Source: Camelus ferus (taxonomy: Eukaryota). From it: DNA of 64,000 bases. Every line of letters begins with the position of its first letter. Positions within the stretch are counted from its first letter, which is position 1. A program made the position numbers and the translations under genes. Positions 54,696-64,000 of this stretch are shown one piece after another. The stretch covers positions 92,506,001-92,570,000 of the forward strand of contig NC_045697.1 of assembly GCF_009834535.1 (NCBI RefSeq). Direction: 5' to 3'. The notes below the pieces were generated by a model that had not been told where the DNA came from, ran no database searches, and saw nothing but the letters and a program-made list of their open reading frames with translations.

Positions 54696-55511
54696 TTTAA
54701 ATTGAAGTATAGTTGATTTACAATGTGTTAGTTTCTTCTGTACAGCATGATGATTCATTTTATTATAGATTATTATAAGATATCAAATATAGTTCCCTGT
54801 GCTATACAGTAGGACTTTGTTTATCTATTTTATATACAGTAGTCTGTATCTGTTAATCCCAAACTCCTAATTTATCCCTACCCTCTCCTCTTACCCCTTT
54901 GGTAACCATAAGTATGTTTTCTATTTCTGTGAGTCTGTTTCTGTTTAGTAAATAAGTTTATTTGTATTATTTTTTTAGATTCCACATATAAGTGATATCA
55001 TATGATATTGGTCTTCCCTGTCTGATTTACTACACTTAGTATGATAATTTCTAGGTCTATCCATATTGCTGCAAATGGCATTATTTTATTCTTTTTAATG
55101 GCTGAGTAGTATTCCATTTTGTGTATATGAGTAAACATGTATCACATCTTCTTTATCCAGTTGTCTGTCAGTGGACATTTAGGTTGCTTCCTCGTCTTGG
55201 CTATTGTAAATAGTGCTGCTATGAACACTGGAGTGCATGCATCTTTTTGAATTAGAGAATTAGAGTTTTCTCCTGATACATGCCTAGAAGAAAGATTGCT
55301 AGATCATATGGTAACTCTGTTTTTAGTTTTTAAAGCAGTTTCCATACTATTTTCCATAGTGGCTGCACCAAACTACATTCCCATCAACAGTGTAGGAGGG
55401 TTATCTTTTCTCCACACACTCTCCAGCATTTATCATTTGTGGACTTTTTAATGATGGCCATTCTGACTGGTGTGAGGTGATACCTCCTTGTAGTTTGATT
55501 TGCATTTCTCT
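54696..55511 (-). mobile_element. 5'-truncated L1 (ORF2 C-terminus and 3'UTR)
   Basis: Encodes [43 protein letters not shown] (54683-54695) / TGAAGTAGATCTT (55512-55524) at a TT/AAGA endonuclease site. Confidence 0.95.
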
Positions 55512-56261
55512 TGAAGTAGATCTTAATTGCATATAATCCTCCTGAAATTATTTTGAAGTAGGCTTGATAATTTTTTGTCAACCCTTTTATAAGATTTCAT
55601 TTTTAAATCTTTAAATATGATCAAAGTACATCCAGTACATCTTCTGGTGGCTTGTTTTTTTACTTCATATTAGTATTATCTTCAACAATATGTACTTAAA
55701 CTACATATCAACTGAAATTTTTCAAAGCATTGAAAGAAAATAAGAGTTGAAAGAACCCTTTCATCTAGTAGAGCTCTCATTCCTTTCTTAGGATTTACCA
55801 CGTACCACATGAGATGCATACAGCTGAGCATCTGACATTGGAAACTGTGTAGATACAGTAAAATGTAAAATGTTTTCTTTTATTTGTAATTAATTAAATT
55901 AAATAAATTAAACCTCTGTTCTATATCTACTAAATTCCTTTTGCCACCAATTTTTAGTCACCATTTTGGAAACCAGTGACATACGTTACAGATGAAATGG
56001 GAGCATATAGAAAGAGAAGATAAATTCTGGCATAATTGGGAAAATCTTTACAAAGGAGAGAATGACAGAACTGGACATAAATGGATTGGTATAACTTTAA
56101 CACTGGTGAGAAATGGAATAGTCTGTGAAGACCATTTAGCAATAAGCACCATGGATATAAATTGAAAGCATGGAATAGAAAGGTCTGGGTAGAGGAGAGA
56201 TTTTTGTTATGAGGTAACACTCAGAATAACAGTTGGCTCTGTGGCTTTTTTGTTGTTGATT

Positions 56262-58614
56262 CATTCTTTTTTTTTTTTTAATTAAGACTTTATTTTTTAC
56301 AGCAGGTTTTAGGTTCACAGCAAAATAGAGGGAAAGATACAGAGATTCCCCTATATCCCCTGCTCCCACACATGCACTGACTCCCCCATTATTAGTATCC
56401 CCCACCAGAGTGGTATATTTGTTACAGTTAATGAACCTACACCAACACATCACTGGAGGTTCATAGATCACATTATGGTTCACTCTTGGTATTACACATT
56501 CAATATCTTTGGACACATGAATAATAATATGTATTCATTATTACAGTAACTGATATTTTCCACTCCCTAAAATACTCTGTGTTCTGCTTATTCATTCCTT
56601 CCCACTTCTTCCAAACCCTGACAACCTCTGATCTTTTTATTGTCTTCATAATTTTGCCTTTTTCAGACTGTCATGTTGTTGGAATAATTGGCTTTGTAGC
56701 CTTTTTAGATTGGCTTCTTTCAGTTAGTAATATGCATTTATGGTTTCTCCATGTGTTTTTATGGCTTGACAGCTCTTTTCTTTTTAGCACTGAATAATAT
56801 TCCATTGTCTAGATGTACCACAGTTTGTCCATTCACCTACTGAAGAATATTTTTATTACTTCTAAGTTTTGGCAATTGTGAGAAAAGTTTCCTGTGAAGA
56901 TCTGTGCACAGGTTTTTGTGTAGACATATTTTCAATCCTTTGAGTAAATACCCAAGGAGTATGATTGATGGATCACATGGTAAGAGTGTGTTTAGTCTTA
57001 TAAGAAGCTGCCAAACTGTCTTCCAAAGCACTATACCATTTTGTATCCCCAGGAGCAATGACTGAGAACTCCTTTGCTCCTCATCTTTATCAGTCTTTGG
57101 TGCTGTCAGTGATCTGAATTTTAACCATTCTAGTGGGATCTCTCTCTCTCTCTCTCTCTTTTTTTTTTTAACCTTTCAGTTCCCTGATAACATTATAAAG
57201 TAAAGCATCTTTTTATATGCCATTTACTCACTGTATATCTTCTGTGATAAGGTATCTGTTAAGCTCTTGGCCCAGTTTTTAATAGGATTGTTTATTTTCT
57301 TATCCTTGAGTTTTCAGAGTTCTTTATATATTTTGGACAAGAGTTCTCTATCAGAGGTGTCTTAGCAAATATTTTCTCTGTGGCTTGTCTTACTCTCATG
57401 ACATTGCCTTTCACAGATCAGAAGTTTAAAATTTTAATGACATCCAGTTTGTCAATGATTTCTTTCATGAATTATGCCTTTATTCTTATAGGTAAAAAAG
57501 TCACTGGCATACACAAGGTCATCTAGGGCTTTTTCAATGTTTTATTCTAGGAATTTTAGTTTTATGTTTTATATTTAGATCTGTGATCCATTTTGAGTCA
57601 ATTTTTATGAAAGGTGTAAAGTCTATGGCTAGGTTCATTTTATTGCCTGTGAATATCCAGTTTTTCCAGCACCATTTGTTAAACAGACTATCCTTTCTTC
57701 ATTGTGTTACCTTTACTCCTTTGCCAAAAAAAAATGTCAATTGACTGTATGTATGTGGGTCTATATCTGGGCTCTCTATTCTGTTCCATTGATCTATTTG
57801 TCTATTATTTCACCAATATCACATTGTCTTGATTACTGTAGCTTTATAAGAAGTCTTGAATTTGAGCAGTGTCACTTTTTCAACTTTGTTCTTTTCCTTC
57901 AATATTGTTTTGACTATTTTGTGTCTTTTGCCTCTCCGTGTAAACTTTAGAATCAGTTGGTCAGTATCCATAAAATAGCTTTTTGGATTTTGAGCAGGAC
58001 TGCATTAAATCTATAGTCAAGTTGCAAAGAACTTATATTTTGTCAATAGTGTCTTCTTACATGTGAACATGGAATGTCATTCCATTTATTTAGTTCTTTG
58101 ATTTTACTCATTTGAGTTTTGTAGTTTTCCTCATATAGATCTTATACATATATTTTTTAGATTTATACCAAAATATTTTATTTTTTGGAGTGCTAATGTA
58201 AATGGTATTGTGTTTTCAGTTTTAAATTCCACTTGTTTATTGTTGATATATAGGAAAGCAGTTAACTTTTGTATATTAATTTTGTATCATTTAACCTTGC
58301 TATCATCACATATTGTTTTTTTGCAATTATTTTTAATTTTCTACATAGATTATGTTATCTTTGAACAATGCCAGCTTTATTTCCTTCTTCTATGTCTGTA
58401 TGCCTTTTATTTCCTTTTCTTGTCTTATTTAATTAGCTAAAACTTCCAGTACAATGCTGAAAAGGAGTGGTGGGAGTGGATATTCTTGCCTTGTGCCTGA
58501 TCTTAGTGGGAAAGCTTCAGTTTCTCACCATTAATTATGATATTAGTTGTAGGGTTTTACAGATGTTATCAAGTTGAGGCATTTCCCCTCTGTTCCTAGT
58601 TTACTGAGAGTTTT
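56262..58614 (-). mobile_element. L1MC1/2-like LINE, 3' ~2.3 kb
   Basis: Poly-T, then TTTTAGGTTCACAGCAAAAT...CCCCACCAGAGTGGTATATTTGTTACA (L1MC 3'UTR), and decayed antisense ORF2 up to CCTAGTTTACTGAGAGTTTT. Confidence 0.9.
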
Positions 58615-58629
58615 GCTCAGTAGTTTTTC

Positions 58630-58945
58630 AAAACAGAACTTCTTCTCACTCACATAAAAGTCATTCCAGATTCAGGTGTCTCTCAATGTAGCTTTCCTCC
58701 ATGTGGTGACTCAGGATTAAGTTTTATTTTTGTGTAACCTCAAAATCAACAAATATTATGGTAACCACTTTGAGGGAAAAGAGCATGAGGAACTGAATGC
58801 CTGTTATTAAATATATATTTATGAAAATTATGTTTAAATTAAAGTTACTTTGTCATACTTAACTTCAAAGGCACAGAGAAATATAAGAACACATGTTTCC
58901 AAATAATGAGAAAATCCAGATATGTTGGTAATTAATAGTAATGCC
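58630..58945 (-). mobile_element. Degraded MLT1-type LTR fragment
   Basis: CTTTCCTCCATGTGGTGACTCAGG...TAACTTCAAAGG...CCAGATATGTTGGTAA. Confidence 0.5.
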
Positions 58946-60653
58946 TAAAATAAAACTTTCATTAAAATATGGTAGATTCAGTTTAGGAAGTTAATAAAAA
59001 TAGGTGAGAATAAATAAAAATATGGCAACAACAAAAAATAACTAACAACAATGGAACAGAGAGATCTATAATTCTCCCCACCAAGGCAGGGAAACACTGC
59101 AGCTGACATTGCAATTTAGAAAGATACTCGAAACTTTCACAGGAATGGAAAAAGATAACTATATTCACCATTTGAAACTATTAGCTTTCTTAATTTCAAA
59201 GATTATTCTGTACTTTTTGAAGAGTATTCTTTAGAATTTAGCTATAGAGACTGTACTGAGCAAGTTTCAATTCTGGAGGAAAAAATAATTGAACATAAGC
59301 AATCTAATAGGGCAGTCATATTAACTAGAGAATGCAATTTTTTATAATTAACCAATAGGATTCTTACATTCATTATTCATTTTTCTAAATTTTACATTTT
59401 GAAGGAACAATAGGCACAATAAATCTTATGCAAAATCATCCCTACATATTTATTAATGGAAATACTATTTGTAAGCAGAAAGGGACCGTCTTGAAGGCCA
59501 TTATGTTAGATATTATTTGCAGATGCTAGGCCTGAAGATAAATCTTTATGAATTGGAGATGAATCTAATAAGGTTTTTAAAAGATTTTTAATATCTGTCA
59601 ATTAAAATGACAAATGATGTAGAGATTGACTGCTACTGAAATGACATCAGCTGACAGCTGAGAACATAACACTACAAGGAAATAAAAAGCTCAACACCTA
59701 CAGGTACATTTAACGGAAGGTATTTCAACCTGGAGCATTTTTGAATGCGTACTGTGCAACTAGACAGGACTATTATTTATTGTGAGAAGCATTGTGCTTC
59801 AAATAAATTTAAGAGCTTATAAGCATCGTAAAAATATATTACTTAGAAACTATACCTATGATTTAGTATCAGTACTGAAAGCTGTGAAAATCTGACATGC
59901 TGTTTCCTATTTTCATATTACAAACCAGCTCAACAGAACTTATATTCTTTTTGGAACTTTATGGCCTTCAACTATCTGTTCTGAAATCAACAAACACTGA
60001 TGAAACATTTTTTGAAATGCACATATACATTATGTAATTGAACAGCCATGACCCTATTAAACAAGACTCATCTCTCATTGTTAAAAGTCACACGAACATC
60101 TATATATACATTAAAATAAATATTAATTTAATTAGAGCTTTTTCATCCCATTTTTCAACAATTTAAATTAAGTAATATGTTATACTTTCTCACTTGAATA
60201 ACAACAAAAGAAATATGATCATAGAGAACTCCTTAGTATATAATTGATATATAAGTCCAAATGGTAGTATTCAAGGCAGCCAGCTAGATAAGTTGCTTTG
60301 AATTTGAAGTCTTACTATGGAAAATGTTAACACTGGTGGTTAATTACTCAGTCTAGCCCATAGAGTAATTTCTGATCTAGGCATATGTATTTCTATATTC
60401 CTTTTTGGCTCCTGGTGGGTGGATCTTCTGTATAAATTTGTTTTTATTTTTATGTAAGTTTGTTGAACTTATTTCAGAAAATTTGGAGAAAAGCAGAACT
60501 AAGAGCAGTCACCAGTTTCACCACCCAAAGAAGAAAACCACAGTTAACATTATGGAGTATATATACTTTTTCAGTTTTCAATCAAAGCATAATTTAATTT
60601 GCCTTTTTTTAATGTATTGCCAGTCATTCTGAATATGAAATTTAAACTCTAAG

Positions 60654-60813
60654 TTTTTATTGACTTATAATGTATTAGTTTCAGGTATACGACAAAATGA
60701 TTCAGTATTTGTGTATATTGCAGAATGATCATGACAACAAGTTTAGTTAACATCCAGCACCACACAGAGTTACACATTTCTTGTCATGAGGATTTTGATT
60801 TTTAAGATATACT
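60654..60813 (-). mobile_element. Short L1 3' tail
   Basis: TATTAGTTTCAGGTATAC...TATATTGCAGAATGATC...TTTAGTTAACATCC, homologous to 25330-25490. Confidence 0.8.
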
Positions 60814-61058
60814 AGCAAATACTTTAATGTTTTTATGGAAGCCAACAAAAAAGTCAATTTGACAGAAGGTGAAACTTGAAGGTTTTCCTCTATCTATACC
60901 AAATAGAAAACAAAGAAAAACAATATTTGAGGAGAACAGAGAAAATAATGAGTACTTTGAGAAAATATATTCAAGCAAAAACAAAATATGGAACAGTTTT
61001 TACTGTCATGACAAAATAGATGTATGTGCAAAATAAACCAATAAATCATACAACTTGA

Positions 61059-62988
61059 TTTGGTACCAATACCATGCTGTCTTGATGACTGTAGCTCTAT
61101 AGTATTGTCTGAAGTCTGGGAGAGTTATTCCTCCAGCCTCTTTCTTTCTCTTCAGTAATGCTTTGGCAATTCTAGGTCTTTGATGGTTCCATATGAATTT
61201 TATTATGATTTTTTCTAGTTCTGTGAAATATGTCCTGGGTAATTGGATAGGGATTGCATTAAATCTGTAGATTGCCTTGGGCAGTGTGACCATTTTAACT
61301 ATATTGATTCTTCCAATCCAAGAGCATGGAATATCTTTCCATTTTTTAAAGTCTTCTTTAATTTCCTTCATCAATGGTTTATAGTTTTCTGTGTATAATT
61401 CTTTCACCTCCTTGGTTAGATTTATTCCCAGATATTTTATTACTTTGGGTGCTATTTTAAAGGGGATTGTTTCTTTACTTTCTTTTTCTGTTGATTTATC
61501 GTTAGTGTAAGGAAATGCAACTGATTTTTGAACGTTAATTTTGTAACCTGCTACCTTGCTGAATTCTTCAATCAGCTCTAGTAGCTTTTGTGTGGACCTT
61601 TTAGGGTTTTCTATATATAGTAACATGTCATCAGCATATAGTGACACTTTTACCTCTTCTTTTCCAATTTGGATCCCTTTTATTTCTTTCTCTTGCCTGA
61701 CTGCTATGGCTAGGACTTCCAGGACTATGTTGAATACGAGTGGTGATAGTGGGTATCCTTGTCTTGTCCCAGATTTTAGTGGGAAGCTTTTGAGTTTTTC
61801 ACCATTGAGTACTATGCTGGCTGTAGGTTTGTCATATATAGCTTTTATTATGTTGAGATATGTTCCCTCTATACCCACTTTGGTGAGAGTTTTTATCATA
61901 AATGGGTGTTGAATTTTATCAAATGCTTTTTCTGCATTGATTGAGATGATCATGTGGTTTTTGAGAAAATTTTTGCAAGTGAAACCGACAAAGGCTTGAT
62001 CTCCAGAATATATAAGCAGCTCATACGACTCAATAAGAAAAAAATAAACAACCCAATCCAAAAATGGGCAGAAGAGCTAAACAAGCAATTCTCCAAGGAA
62101 GACATACAAATGATCAAAAAGCACATGAAAAAATGCTCAGTATCACTAATTATCAGAGAAATGCAAATCAAAACTACAATGAGGTATCACCTCACACCAG
62201 TCAGAATGGCCATCATTCAAAAATCCACAAATGACAAATGCTGGAGGGGCTGTGGAGAAAGGGGAACCCTCCTACACTGCTGGTGGGAATGCAGTTTGGT
62301 GCAGCCACTATGGAAAACAGTGTGGAGATTCCTCAAAAGACTAGGAATAGACTTACCATATGACCCAGGAATCCCACTCCTGGGCTTGTATCCAGAAGGA
62401 ACCCTACTTCAGGAAGACACCTGCACCCCAATGTTCACAGCAGCACTATTTACAATAGCCAAAACATGGAAACAGCCTAAATGTCCATCAACAAGTGACT
62501 GGATAAAGATGTGGTATATTTATACAATAGAATGCTACTCAGCCATAAAAACCGACAACATAATGCCATTTGCAGCAACATGGATGCTCCTGGAGAATGT
62601 CATTCTAAGTGAAGTAAGCCAGAAAGAGAAAGAAAAATACCATATGAGATCGCTCATATGTGGAATCTAAAAAACAAAAACAAAAACAAACAAACAAACA
62701 AAAACAAAGCGTAAATAAAGGACAGAAATAGACTCACAGACAGAGAATACAGACTTGTGCTTACCAGGGGGGTGGAGGGTGGGAAGGGATAGACTGGGAT
62801 TTCAAAATTGTAGAATAGACTACACTGTATAGCACAGGGAAATATACACAAAATGTTATGATAACTCACAGAGAAAAAAATGTGACAATGAGTGTGTATA
62901 TGTCCATGAATAACTGAAAAATTGTGCTGAACACTGGAATTTGACACAACATTGTAAAATGATTATAAATCAATAAAAAATGTTAAAA
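61059..62988 (+). mobile_element. Young 5'-inverted L1: inverted RT segment 61059-~61963 (minus) plus forward ORF2 C-terminus, 3'UTR and poly-A ~61963-62988
   Basis: The minus-strand ORF carries ORF2 RT ([19 protein letters not shown]...QGYPLSP...YADD...YLGINL...TAWYWYQ). The plus-strand ORF carries EKIFA...[18 protein letters not shown]...LICGI. Perfect TSD AAATCATACAACTTGA at 61043-61058 and 62989-63004. Confidence 0.98.
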
Positions 62989-63004
62989 AAATCATACAAC
63001 TTGA

Positions 63005-63070
63005 GAAGAGCTTTGGGTTCATCTGTTTCACAACTTCATTTTACAGATGATGAGATTGAGATTTAAGTGT
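63005..63070 (-). mobile_element. MIR/MIR3 fragment into whose tail the young L1 inserted
   Basis: TCATCTGTTTCACAACTTCATTTTACAGATGATGAGATTGAG core. Confidence 0.55.
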
Positions 63071-63609
63071 TTTTCTCGTGGTTTTTTTTTTTATTTGTTT
63101 CTTTTTTCTGAGCTATTTATGCAACCATTTGTGGGTAGACTTGGGACTCTAGTGCTGGCTTTTAGTTTGAATGTTTGTTGTTTTCTTTTCAGATATCAAG
63201 TGGAATCCAGTTGTTGGAAGAAGCAATGTGATTGAAGCGTAATTTGTGAAACATTTTCCTGAGGTCATATTGGCATTTAGCTTGTAATTTCTTATTTGGT
63301 ACATTATAATGTAAAAGGAGTTTATCCTTGGCATTGGCAGTTTTAGACAATAATAATGGGATGATAGTGAGGAAACAAGACAGTCTTTTTCTGCCCTATT
63401 TGATAGACCAGGGCATCTCATGATTCAGTGACTCGAAAATTAGGTGAGTCATTTCAGAACTAAAGCACATTTTAAAGAAAGAATGTGAGATTTTCTGAAT
63501 TCACTGGGTATTAATCAGGCTAGAGCAGCAATAGAAGAACATGGCGTATTTTTCACAAATTCTGTTAGCATGTAATACCAGATAGCATGAAAGAAAAATC
63601 ATGTTGTTT

Positions 63610-64000
63610 CTAGTTATAGTCAGATCTTTATTTAAAAATCTGATCTGCCAACTTAGTGTTTTCCACCAACTTGGGGCACAGAAACTTACATGCTTCACAG
63701 TCTTTTGCTTAAGTGCTGCCTTCGTGGGATCCTTTGCAGCAGCCATGGCTATGTTTCTAGATACTTGCTTAGCCTTTTCTGCTTCCTTGGCAGCCCTGAT
63801 GGCATGTTCTCATTGAGCCTTCCTAACTTCAGGTTTCTGATTCCACCTGTCCATTATATCAGCAAGAGATGCACCAGTTATGGCCCTCTGGAATTTGACT
63901 GCATGGCGGGTTCTTTTATTTTATTTTTAAAAATTTCTTCAGATTGTCCCTTTTTGTGCTTTCTTCTGTAGAGGACAGTCCAGTTGATCAGCCGAGGATT
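63610..64000 (-). pseudogene. RPL24: Processed pseudogene of ribosomal protein L24 (eL24), 3' part; continues past the window end
   Basis: Minus strand reads [23 protein letters not shown] / [58 protein letters not shown]. Intronless, with an ~8-nt insertion at ~63918-63931, premature TGA at 63810-63812, native stop at 63653-63655 and AATAAA at 63627-63632. Confidence 0.96.

Noticed and set aside
61006..62670. Divergent 351-aa and 238-aa ORFs as a novel RT system or domesticated gene pair
   Set aside because: Both are pieces of one L1 ORF2 rearranged by 5' inversion and bounded by a TSD; a catalytic Asp is mutated.
63170..63245. Possible plus-strand exon after TTGTTTTCTTTTCAG
   Set aside because: The acceptor is good, but the donor is weak (GC|GTAATT), the peptide is unrecognised and there are no partner exons.
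1..64000. The many 60-130 aa ORFs in the six-frame track as genes
   Set aside because: They are low-complexity, often start at non-ATG codons, overlap repeats and resemble no protein I recognise apart from L1/ERV remnants and RPL24.
1..64000. Host-gene orientation from L1 strand bias
   Set aside because: L1 copies occur on both strands in similar numbers.
1..64000. CRISPR array or prokaryotic operon
   Set aside because: No regularly spaced direct repeats and no gene-dense coding; the sequence is mammalian.

Overview
AT-rich mammalian genomic DNA, most likely camelid (a tRNA-Ala-derived vic-1-type SINE is present), from a gene-poor interval or a very large intron. I found no intact protein-coding gene, RNA gene, CpG island or convincing exon. 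The window is a layered record of retroelements: ancient L2, MIR and L1M fragments; MaLR (MLT1), ERVL and ERV1 LTRs; Tigger-family DNA transposons; several younger L1 3' ends with target-site duplications (TSDs); and the 3' part of an RPL24 processed pseudogene at the right edge. The most notable structures are (i) a young 5'-inverted, twin-primed L1 at ~61.0-63.0 kb with a perfect 16-bp TSD and open but catalytically mutated RT sequence; (ii) a 36-bp copy of a neighbouring LTR inside the (TA)n tract of an L1 3'UTR at ~48.0 kb; (iii) a tail-less convergent pair of L1 ORF2 fragments at ~11.0-11.6 kb; and (iv) an L1 ending prematurely within its 3'UTR at ~36.2 kb. I see no evidence of a novel multi-gene biological system. 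Repeat subfamily names come from recalled consensus sequences, not a RepeatMasker run, and boundaries of old repeats are approximate.
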